This document shows, one piece after another, positions 20,501 to 32,500 of a stretch of 64,000 nucleotides of DNA (within the stretch, counting starts at the first letter, position 1; each line of letters starts with the position of its first letter). The stretch spans positions 224,001-288,000 of the forward strand of contig CAXXWC010000003.1 of the NCBI GenBank assembly GCA_963668645.2, in the 5' to 3' direction. A program made the translations under genes and the position numbers. Source of the DNA: Desulfobacterales bacterium (lineage in GTDB: Bacteria > Desulfobacterota > Desulfobacteria > Desulfobacterales > UBA2174). A model generated the notes under the pieces. That model was given only the letters and a program-made list of their open reading frames with translations. It did no database searches and had not been told where the DNA came from.

Positions 20501-23500
20501 CGGATCGCCGCCGGTTGTCTGCTGCCCCAAAGCCTGAATCATGATGGAAGTGGTCTGCGGCGCGGCAAGTTGTACAGTCTTAAGCTGCTGTTCGAGGACC
20601 AGGTACTCGGATTTCAGGCTGTCGAGTTGGCCTGAAAGAAGGGTTGCTTGGGCCTGATTCTGGGCCAGGTTGGCGCGAAAAACATCGGCCAGGTTGCTGA
20701 ACCGCTCGGCCCCCTGATCCACTATCAGGCTCTGGGCCAGCAGCAGGATGTCGGCCTCGGTCTGCTGGGCACTCAGATCGACGCCGTACAGATCGAAACG
20801 CTCGGCCCATTTCTGGGCAACAATCACGTATAGGTTGAACTGCATCTGTTCTTCGTAATCGGCCAGAACCTGAAGATCGGTCTGTTTGAGTGCGATCTGG
20901 CTTTGCAGCCCTTCGTTGTCGTTGATCAGGGTATCTCGCTGTGCCGTATAGTCGGTCTGATCGGCGGCCAGGTCCTGTTCCAGTTGCTGCATGGCCTGGA
21001 TGTCCTGGGTGATGTAATCATAGGTGACGATAAAATCGTTCATCTGGGCTTGGAGCTGATTCGCGAGGTTGGCGAGTTCCTCCCGTTCGTTTCCGACCAG
21101 TCCCTGCCCCTGGCCCAGGAGATTGGCAAGTTGCCCCATCTGCGTTTCGACGGTGTTTTTCTCGACCACCAGCGGGTCGATGTAGTCCTGCAGGGCGGTC
21201 TGCTGCTGATCGAGCAGGCTTGGGGTAAAGCGGTTGGGCCGTCTCCAGGTGGCGTCGATATGACCGATCAGGGCGTCCCGATCGGCCTGGGCCGCAGCCA
21301 GGGCCGGCTCCAGTTTGTCGATGGCCTGCATACAGCCGTCGAAGTCCTGGGGCAGATCGGGGTTGAGTTCACCGCTGTACCCGGCCTCACGGAGCCATCC
21401 GTAGGTGAAGCTCAGATCGCCACTCGACTGGTAATATTCTCCGCTCTTGTTTCCTTTGCCCCATGATTCGAGAAGGTCGGCGCGCAGCTCCAGCATCCTC
21501 GAATAGCTCAGTGCCCAGATGTCTTTGTCGTTGAGCTCTGCCAGACTCCAACCGGCGGGGCCGTATGGGCCGTCGGTGATGTTATAGTAATCCCAGGGCA
21601 CTTCTTTGCCGTCGTTGGGAAGGTAGAAATATCCCTCCCGGGTGTTGAATTCGATGGTCTCGTTGGTCTCGGAGAACCTCGGGGCCGTAATGTAGCTGGG
21701 GATGTATTTTTGATTGAGTTCCCTGAGGAAAGAATCGACCCTGAACAGCCAGTAATCCACCTGGTCGTAATAATCCCGCTGATCGCCAATATACCGTACC
21801 GCCACGTTGCCGAACTGCTGGTCCAGCGCTGCCAGCCGGCTGTTGATCAGAGTAATATCGTTTTCAATCTCGCCGTAAGGGGCATAGCCGACGATGGCTG
21901 TAAGCTCGGTCCCCAGGGCATCGATCAACAGCCCCTTGCTGGCCAGATACTCACTGTACTCGGCCAGCGATCTGAGATCCTGGTCGAATTGGGTGTAGTA
22001 GACCTGACCTGACTGGGCCTGCTCGATCAGGCCGTTGACGATATCGAGGATCGTATCGATCTGGCCGATCTCGGTTCCCAGATCGTTGTACTGGCTCTCC
22101 AGGCCGGCGTAAGTGGTCTCGGCAAATTCACCGGTGGTCAGATCGGCCACGAAGTCGTTCATCGCCTGGGTCAGAATATCGCCATAGTCCGCCAGGCTGC
22201 AGAAGCGGGCATCCAGATCCGCATAGGCCATATCGTCCATGCCGGCGAGGATCTCCCAGTCGAGGTAGTTGACCCGATCGAGGGTCGCATTCAGCGCCAG
22301 GTAGTCACTCACGACCCCGAGGGTCTGTTCGACGGTGGCCAGTTCACCCTGATTTTCGACGATCTGCAGTTGGAGCGTCGTTTTCTGGGTATTGAGCGAA
22401 TCCAGGGTCTGGACCACATCGCCGTCCAGGGCGGTCAGGTTCAGGTACAAGGTGCCCAACTGATCGTTGCTCAGGGTTTTCAGATCAACCGTTTGGGCAA
22501 TGGACCCGATATCGCGCACCTCGTCCAACCGGCCGATACCGCTGGGAGGCGTGTATTGCCGCAGGCGCATCTCAGACTGCACACCGGCCAGCAGCGATCC
22601 CAGGTCTTCCCGGTAGGTGCCGGTAACGGCGATACTGTCTTCGACGACATCCAGCTCGGTAAGGTACTGGGCATTGTCTCCTGCGATGTTTACGATCGTC
22701 AGAAGGTTTTGCTCGATCTGGTACTGGAGGGTGTCGATGTTTTGCAGCAGCGATTGGCGCTGGGCTACCAGGTCGGTGTAGGCCAGGATCTGGCCGTCAC
22801 CGATATCCAGGGTCATCTCTTCGATGGTATCCGGCAAGGGTGCCTGGATGTCGAGAAGCGCTTGCAGGTTTTCGTATTGCAGTCTGAACTGCTGGGCCTG
22901 GACCTGGTAGGGCAGGTTGATGACCTGGCCCAGGTAAAGGTCTTGCAGGATGGCCAGGACGTCTTGCTGGCCGATCTCGAGGCTGGCGACCGTCCGTTCC
23001 AGGGCCGCCAGATCGATGGCGAGCTGGGCCTGCTGGCGCAGGTTGTCCTGCAGGGCCTGCAGGACCTGCTGCTGCTCGGCCACGGACTGCACATAGACGT
23101 TGAACCCGTTGCGGCCCTCGATCAGCTCCCCGTCTTCGCCCACCTGAACGGTATCGTCCGCCAGGTTGACGTTGCCGCCGCTGATGATCTGGATTCCGCT
23201 CAATCCGGTGACATGGCCGCTCAAGGTGGCGCTGCTGCCCACATCCATCGAGATGGCGCCGATCTCCAGCAGGACCTGCTGGCCGAAGGTGGACAGGCTG
23301 CCCCCCGCGACGAAGGAAAGCGTTGCCGGGGTCACCAGATGCCCGGTGACGGTGAGGTTGCCGGCCGCTTCGAGGTTCAACCCGCCCTCTGAGATCAGGC
23401 TGCTGCCCGTCTCGCGCACGAAAATACTACCGGTACTGGACTTGAAGGTCAGCCCCTGTTCCGATCCACGGCTGTGGGCGTCGTTGAGGATCAGTCCGTT

Positions 23501-26500
23501 GAGGGCGCTGACCGTGATCGCCCCACCTTGGGCGTTCAGCACTTCGGCGCCGGGCGACAGCTCGCCGATCCCGTCCACATCGGCGACGTCGATGGTATCG
23601 TCGCCGGTGGAAAGGATTTCGCTCATGCTGTTGACCGCCATCTTCAGTCCGGTGATGGATTGGCCGGCCGCAAGGTTCACGTCCCCGGCCACGATGCCCA
23701 CGGATTCGCTGCCCGGACCCACGATGGCGCCGTCGGCATCCAGGGTCACCTTGCTCTGGGAGGTGAACCCTTTGGTCATCCCCAGCAGGCTGGTGGTCTC
23801 GGAAAAGACATATTCAGTGCGGTTCTGACTCCAGGCCGGATCGGCGTCGGGCATAAAGGAGGCTTCGTAGCTCACGCCCAACAGATCGAGCAGCTGCGTG
23901 TAGAGCACGAAAGCCACATGCCCGCTGATGGGCGAAAGCGGATCGATGGTCACGAAATCGGCTTCATCCAGCAGATAGGGATCGTCTTCGGGACCGATGG
24001 CTGCCAGGGCGCCGGCGATGATGGCCGCCAGGTCCTCGGCCTCGTCCATCTCAAGATGCACCCCGATGACCGGATCGCCCTGCGGATTTTCGGAGTAGTC
24101 GAGGATCGGGTTGCCCTCTTCATCCAGGAGCGAATCGCGCAGGACCGCCGGGATGTCGGCCAGCGGAATCGGCGCGACGACCGGATCGGCTTCCGGATCG
24201 CCGTCCAGGTCGATCCGGCTCAACTGAGCGTTGAGCAGGGCCAGGCGCAGTGCGGCGGCCTCGGCATCGTCGGCGGCGTAAGTGCCCCCGCTGATCTCGC
24301 CCACCGTGATGGTGCCGCCGCTGCCTTCGACGGTGCGCAGGATGATCTGGTTGGCCTCAGGCGTCTCACCGGTGGTATTCCAGTCGGTCTTGAGCACGAT
24401 CGACTGGGCGTACAGGTCGCCGTTGGAGGTGATATCGAGGCTGCCATTGGCCAGGGTGACTGCCGTGAGGGTCAGATCGGCGCTTGAATTGTAAAGGTAG
24501 AGATTGCCGTTGCCGCTGATCTCGAGGGTCAGGGCGTTCACGTCGGTATTCAGCGGCGCATCCGGGGCGCCGACGTCGCCGAAAGCCTCCACGGTGGCTT
24601 GGTCTGCGACGATGGTGGTCCCCGGATCGACGATGGTGCCTTCCACCGTCAGGATAACGTCCGCGTCGCCAGCAGCGTAAATCTCGCCGATCTCCACCAC
24701 CACTCCGCCGGTTCCGGCTCCGCGGGCGCCAATGGTGATGTCGTCCTCGTCGGCACCGGACAGGGAGGCCACGTCGGAGATGATCAAATTATCGGTGATA
24801 ACCGCGATGGTGATCGGCCCGGCGGCGGTCCGGATTTCGGTCAGAGTCACCACTTCCGGCCATACCGGCGTCCCTTCCTCATCGAGGACAAAGCCGACGT
24901 TGTCGATTTGCAGGGCGCCGCTGCCGGTCACCTCAGCCTCGATGCTGGCGGCCCAGACGTTTTCCAGGGTGATGCCGCTCAGGGACTCGACCACCAGCGT
25001 GTCTTCGGCTACCAGCAGGCCGCCGCCGGTCGGCTGGTCGGTTTCTTGCGCCGGTTCCTCGCCGCTGGTCTGGTCGATGATGCCGGCCGGGGCCGACAGG
25101 ACCAGGGTATCGGTGCGGACATCGGCGTCGAACAGTGAGATGTCGCCCGCCGTATCGCCGGCCCGCAGTTCGATCCGGCCGCCCTCGCCCAGGGTTTCCA
25201 GGGTGCCGCCCAGCGAGAGCCGTTGGCTGTTCTCATCCAGTTGATCGACGGCATCGCCGGTGGCCTGGCGGTGAACGATGACGCTCCCCTGCACGGCTGT
25301 TCCCTGGCCAGCGGTGATTTCGATGGTGCTGCCCGCGGCGCTGATGATCCCGGTAACCGTGGCGTCGGTGGCGGCGCTGATCTCGATCGTATGCCGGCCG
25401 AGGATTTCACCTTCGACCGTCACCGCACCTTCACCGGTACTGATCGCGATGTCGAGTTCACCGGGCACCGGGACCGCGTCGCCGGTGGTGGTCAGGGTGG
25501 CGGTTTCGCCGATGGTCACGTCGCCCGCCGCGATGATCTCGATGGATTTAACGGCCGAAACGGTGATCATGTCGTCGATGGTGGGCTCCACGGGCATGTC
25601 TTCGCCCACGGTGACATCGGCGGTTTGCGATTCGATGTAAACGGCGCTTTCTTCACCGGAAGCCGCAATGCCAGCCTTGACCGTGACCTGGCCGTGGGCC
25701 GTGATGGTGATATTGCCCGTGGCGCTCAGGGTATCGAGATCGAAGATACCCAGATCCAGGGGACCGTCCGGCGTCACCGCGCTGCCGCTCCAATCGAGCT
25801 GCTGTTCGGTCACCGGCACGTACTCCCAGTTGGTGACCTGCTCGAACTTGATCACCGGCACTTCACTGGTCAGCGTCTCGTAGCGCGGCCGCTTGTCCAC
25901 GATGTCGTGGGCCTCGGTGAAGATGCGGTAGGTCAGGTCGGAGCGGATGTCGCTGATCGGCTCCCAGGCCGTCTTCAGCTTGTAGACGAAATCCTCGTAG
26001 GTCTCGCCGTTGACTTCCGGATCCATCCAGTAGGGATCGACTTCCCACACCGCGTAGATCTGGCTGGACCCGTCCAGATCGTTCCAGGTGCCGCCGGGCC
26101 ACATCATCAGATGGTCTTCGCCGTTAAGGTCGTTGGGCTCGCCGGAGGCGAAGTTGGTGTAGACCTCCTCATCGGTCCGGTAGACCGTCTCGCCGGTGAC
26201 CCACTTGAAGGCGTACCATGTCTCGTGGCTCGTGCCCCAGACATCGTAGCCACCCAGCCAGACGCTGTTGCTGCCGATCCAGTCGGCGATGAATTCGTTC
26301 TCATCCTCGTCGTTGATGACCACCAGGTGGGCATGCTCCGGCGAGGCGGCCTGGGCCTGGGCCCAGGTATAAAGCGTATTGTTCTTGATATAGTAATGGT
26401 TCGACAGTTCCTGGTGCTTGCCCACGTAGGAAACCCAATGGGTCCCGTCGGAAGCCACCAGCTCCAGCGTGGCCCCGTTCTGGGCCACGTTGAGCTTCCC

Positions 26501-29500
26501 GTTGCCCACGTCCTCCTGGGCGAAAACCGCGTTGCCCAGCGCGTCGTAGCCGAAGTTCCAGTTGTTGCCGGTAAACACGGAGTAACCGCCGGAGCTTCCC
26601 ACCGCCACGGCGTTTTCCATCGGATCGGCCCCGCCGGCCCGGCTGTAGTCGCCCCACAGGGTCCGGTAGAGTTGGCCGCTTCCGTCCTCGAACCAGAGCA
26701 CCCCATCCCCGAAGTCCCCGCTCCCGTTGCTGCCCGTATAGCGAACGGTCCCGGCATCGCCCAAGTCCCAATCGGCCGGCATCCACTCCACCTTTACCGA
26801 CCGGTCGATTTCGGTCAGGGTGTAAACCAGGTCGTTTGCCAGCTGCATATCGTTGAGGTAGAGCGTATCGGTTCCCAAAGCCAGGGCCAGATCTTCCAGG
26901 GCCTGCATCGAGACGCCGCTGTCAACGGCGTACATCAGCTGGACCAGTCCGATATAGAAGTTCTGCTGCACGTAGGGTTCGGTCGGACTGATCTCCCGGC
27001 CGTCGAAGATGCTGTACTGGGTAAAGGCGGTGTACTCGTCGGTCCAGGCCGAGTGAGGATCTTCCCGGTAGGTGACGATGTAACGCGCTTGGCTCTGGTC
27101 ATAATCCAGCATACGCCACCAGTCGCCCGGAGAAGGATCGGCCGGTTCACTTTCCAGCTGATGGCCGGACCAGGCCTGGGTGTATTCGAGCTGGGCCACG
27201 TTGCGGGCGTAGCCCACCGTCTCGTCGTAAGTATTGACATCGCCCACGTACTGCAGGGTCTTATCGTCCGGATCACTGCGGTCGTTGCCCAGGGTGGTCA
27301 TCTCATAGTTTTCCCACCATTCCACCGGGACGCGCAGGAAGATGTCGGTGCCGTCGTCCAGCTCGTAGTAGACCACGTCGCGCTGGGCGTCGCTGAAATC
27401 CAGATCCCAGAAAGTGGCGGTGGGAACACCTTCATAGTTGCGGTTGATCCGGCCCAGGCCCTCGGTGGCCGAGTAGATCTTGTCCCACCGGTCCCCGGCC
27501 AGGTCGCTGCTCAGAATGGTGTCCTCGCGCTCGAAGAAGCTGGCGATGTAAAGATTTTCGTCCGGATTGCTCAGGCGCCAGTCGTAGTCCACCCCGGCGA
27601 TGAAGAAATCGTCGGCGATGGCGGCGATCGCGTCTTGGATCAGGTTGTAGACGGCCCGGGCCACCTCGCGGGTCATGTACTGCCCGTCGATTGCGTAATC
27701 GCTGCGAACGATCTCGGCGAACTCGGCGGCGTATTCCGCCGACATGGCCAGCTCCCCGTCCACGAACAGATCTTCGGGAACCGTCTGGTTGGGGTCCAGT
27801 GTATCCAGCTCGGCCTGCAGGGTCGCCGGGGTGATGCCAGCAAAGGCCTCGTTTAGCATCTCGGTGGGCGGCAGGAAATGGGCCCGGGCCGCCTCGGCCT
27901 CGGTGTCGTAAAGGTCATGGTTCCAGTGGACGGCCGGATCGAAGGGCACGAACTCGGAGAACCAGAAGTCGAAGTAGTGCTTGGTCACCGTGTAGGTGTA
28001 GACTTCCATATCGAGGATGCTGGCGATGTCGGCCATGGCGACCTGGGTGACATGGAAGACATCGTTTACCCAGACACCGGCGACAAACTGGTTGTCGATC
28101 ACCAGCCCCTCGAAGGTCGGCGAGGCTGCATCCGTTTCGCTGAAAGCCCAGACCCCGTCGCTGATCTCGGTGAGCACCGACCCGGCGGCGGCCTGACTGA
28201 TGACACCGTCGGCGGCCGTCTTGAACTGCATCCCGGCGTTCTGGACAAAGGTCATCCCGCTGGCCAGGGCATCGGCTTTTTGCAACCCGTCCACCAGATC
28301 ATAAATGGACGGAAGAGTGGCGATGATGATGGGATCGTCTTCCTCACCGACGGTTACCGTCTTTTCGAAGGCCGAGATGAACTGCATGTCGAACAGCTTC
28401 TCGTAGCCGAGGAAATCGAGAATCGCGTTGATGCGTTCGGTATCGGTCAGGTCGTCCCATTCCTTCCATTCGCCTTCCTGGGCGTGGATCATATTGGAGA
28501 CGTCCATGAAGGTCTTTTCATTGTACCACTGGGATTGTGCGGAAACCTGCGCAACCGCCTCCTCAAACGCCATCTGGCTCATCCCGCCGATCTGTTCGGT
28601 GACAAAAAGCTGCGGCATGGATTGGATGAAAAGCTCCGAGACCGCCGTCTCCATCACTGTTTGCGATATGCCACCGGCCTGGACATAAGGGACATCCGGG
28701 TCCACCGGAACTCTGTAGTTGACCACCTGCTCGACAAGCTGTCGAATTATTATGGCCTCTATGTCCATGTCCTCTGGGTTGACCCAACGGCCCAATCCAT
28801 CATTGAGCCATCCCACGAAAATCGCTTGCTGCCAGGGGTCTTCCTTCCCCGGCCAGTCGAGATCGGCCACCGTGTAATCCACGCCCGGAATGAAATACTC
28901 GCGGAACTGGTCCGCCTTGGCCAGTTCCCCGACCCCGTAGACCGTATCCTGGATCAAGACCCGGTTCAAGCGGGCCAGTTCCACCCCGCTGAGCTCGTCT
29001 TTGGCCAGGAGGGCATTGGCTTCGCCGCTCAGGGTTACGCCGCTCTCGAAGGCCGCCGCATCATACAGCGACACCCCGCTGGCCACGATGGTGTTGAAAT
29101 CGTCGATCAGAGCCTGCTTCAGGGCGGTGGACGGCTCGTTGGGATAGGTGTAGCCCAACAGCATGGACCTGGTGGCAGGGCTCAGGGCGGTCCAGACGCG
29201 GTTGACCGCCGTGCAGTCAATCGGTCCTACCGTCTTGAGCCAGTAGGCCGCCAGATCCGGACTGGCGCCATAGTCAGGATTCAGATCGACCATCCCGAAA
29301 CCGACCTTGTAATAGCCGTCCTGGAACAGGCGGGTCTCCACACTGCCGAACTCGCTGCCCACCTTCACATCGTCGAAACCGGTCTGCTCGGTTGTGATGG
29401 TGGGGATCCAGTGGACCACCGGCTGGAGAACGAATCCGGCCTCCACCCGGCGGTAACCGGTAACCACATCCACATAGACCGGCTCGTAGGTGATGTAGGC

Positions 29501-32500
29501 CGGGGCGAACTGCAAGTCGTCGTTAAGAGTGTCCTCGTAAGCCTGGAGGATGACCTCGCCTGTGGCGGTCAGCACGATATCCCCGGCTGCCTCGGCGCTA
29601 TCCTCGGTGCTGTCCGTATACCCCGCGGCGATCTTGCCCTCGGCCGAGACCGCGATGTTCCCCTCGCTGACGCCTTCGGTGCCGGCGCTGACCTCCACAT
29701 CGCCCCTGGAGATGATCTCGCCGCGCACCATCACGTCATACTCGGCATCCAGTCGCACCAGAGACGGATCGAGCAGGCCTTCGGTCCGATACTCGCCCTG
29801 GACCTGGACCGTGCCGTAGACGCCGATGTTCTCGCCGATCAGCTCCACCATCCCCTGGGCCGCTACCAGGGCACGGAAGTAGTAGATCTGGCTGCGGGCG
29901 ACATAGACGTTGCCGTCGTCGCCCGTGCCGGTGGCTTCCAGACGGGTTACGGAATACGGATCGCGGGTGATGATCACGCTTTCGCCCATGGCCCAGACAT
30001 TGAGGCCCTGCACCTCGATCAGATCCCGGGCGTTGGTCAGGGCGTCGCCCCAGAAATAGACTTCGTCGGGCGTGGTGATCTCGACTTGGATGACATCCAC
30101 GGCGGCAAGCGGCGCGTCGCCGTCATCCAGATACACCTTGCCCACCATCCCGTAGATCTCGATCCGCTTGCCGCCGGTGATGGTGATGGTGCCCTCGGGG
30201 CCGGTGGTGTTGAGCACCCCGCCGCTTTCACGTGCCGGCAGACCGACCAGGATCGGCCCGCTGGTGGCCATGAACCCGGGCCCGGGCTGGATGCTGCCGA
30301 TGACCACCGGCTCACCGCCGTAAACCGGGTCCTCGATGGTGCCCGGATCGGCGACCGGCACCCCTTGGGCCTCGACCGGATCTTCCAGGCTGGTCAGGGG
30401 CACACCCGAGGCGTCAACGAACTCGCCGCGGTAATTGATCAGGACGTATTGGCCGCCTTCTTCCACGATCAGTTCACCGGCGTCGCTGACCAGATTTTGG
30501 TAACGATCGGTGAGATAGAGGGTGCCGCCGATGTCAACGGTGCCTCGCATGGCGCCCACGCCGTTGAGCGGATCCGCGCTGCCGTCGATCAGCAGACCGT
30601 CCTGGTTGATGCGATAGCCTTCGGCGTCGATGAGGGTCACGTTGTCGGCGGCGATAAGATTGCCGTAGATGTCGATCTGCCGGCCGTAGGCGTCGATGGG
30701 ATCGCCGCCGGAATTGACGAAGTTGCCGTAAGCGTCGATAAGATAGCCGAACGCGTTGACCAGGACCCCGCCCACGCCCAGCAGAATACCGTCGGCGTTG
30801 ACCACCATCCCGTTCTCGTCGAGCAGTTGCCCGATTTCGTCCACCCGGAAATAGCGTCCGGCCTCCTCCACCAGGGCATAGCCTTCCTTGTCCACCAGAA
30901 CCGGATTGTCGCTTTCGTCATAGGTGACGTAGACCGCCCCTTCACCCAGCACCGGGTAGCCGTTGGCGCCGATGACCTGGAACGGGTTCCCGTCGCCGTC
31001 CACCAGGACGTTGCCCAGGTTATCCTGCTCCAGCAGGAACCCAGAGGCATCGATGGGCTGGCCGAAAAGATCGATGGTGAACTCGGCCGTACCGGCGGTG
31101 GCCCCGTACAGGGTGGAAAAGGCGGCGCTCAGGGTTTCGTAAAAGAGCTTGTCCACCACCACGCTCACCGCTTCGCCGGACAGGGTGTCGGCACCGGTAA
31201 GCGTCAGGGCGCGGCCCGCTTCCACGTAGCCGCTGACTTCGAGCAGCCCGGCGCCTGAATCGAGGGTCACATCGGCATCTGGATCGATGGCCTGGATCAC
31301 CCCCTCGATGGTGATGCCCCGCTCGGTGGTGACCGTGATGTGACCCGATGCACCGCCGGTGGGCATGTCGATGGGCGCGGCATCGGTCTTGATAAAGCTC
31401 GATGCGTTGATTTCGAAGAACGGTGCCAGCCCGCCGCTCACCAGGACGGTGATGGGTCCGGTGGCCTGGGCCGATCCGCCCCTGACAATGGTTTCACCTG
31501 CCGTATCGGCCAGACCGAGAAGCAGATCCAGATCGGTGGCGCCGTTGACGTCCTCGCCGCCGAAGCGGACTATCTCGCTTGCCGCGATCTCGATGGCGGC
31601 ATCCGCGGCCGGCGAGGTTTCCCAGTCGATACCCGGATCTTCACCCATCAGCACCCGGCCCGGTTGGCCGCCGGCGTAGAGGCTGCCGAGGATCTCCACC
31701 GATTCGGCCTCCACGCAAATCAGGCTTCCCGCATGGCGTACGATGATCTCGCTGGCGTTTTGCACCTCGACAGTGCCCGGGGTCACCAGCTGGATCAACC
31801 CGGAAGCCACGATCTGGGCACCCAGTGGATAGGTCTCGCCTTCGGCCAGGTCCGGGCTGGTGTCCTCGTCCGTGCCGTCGGCGCCTTCTGTTCCGGTGCC
31901 GCCGTCGATGGTGATCTGCGGCGCCTCGATGTGCACCCGCTCGTCGCCGCCGTCCACAAAGGTGCGCGTCTCGGTGATGAAGTGGAAGGTCTCCAGACCG
32001 CCGGCTTCCAGGGACCCGGCCAGGGTGAAGGCATTGGGTGCCACGATGAGAATCGAGCCCAGGGCGTCCACGTCGCCGGTGATCTGCAGGTCGCCGGCCG
32101 GGGCGATGACGATCTCGTAGTTTTCCGCGACCATATCGCCTGCCGGGGCCGGTGCGCTGGCGCTGCCGTTCTTGAGCACGCCGTAAACTGCGATATCCTC
32201 GGCCTCCAGCACGATCCGGCCGTCGGTTTCGATCCAGCCGGAGCGCTCGGTGATTTCGATGCCGCCCTGTGCCGAGGCGATCAGCACATCCCCGGTCATG
32301 CGCGGATCATCGTCCTGCAGCGAGCCGATGGCCCCGTCCACGACGATATCGTTGTAACCGTCGATGCTCACGTCGCCTTCGGTCGGTGAAAGCGGATTGG
32401 TGCGGATCCAGGCGGTAGGCGCGATAATAACGCTCTGCTCGGCCGGGGTACCGGCGGTGATAAAACCGGCTTCGATGTCCACATCGCGATCGGCCAGGAT

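Noticed and set aside
26040..26410. C-type lectin as a diversity-generating retroelement target
   Set aside because: No reverse transcriptase and no template/variable repeat pair seen in the window.
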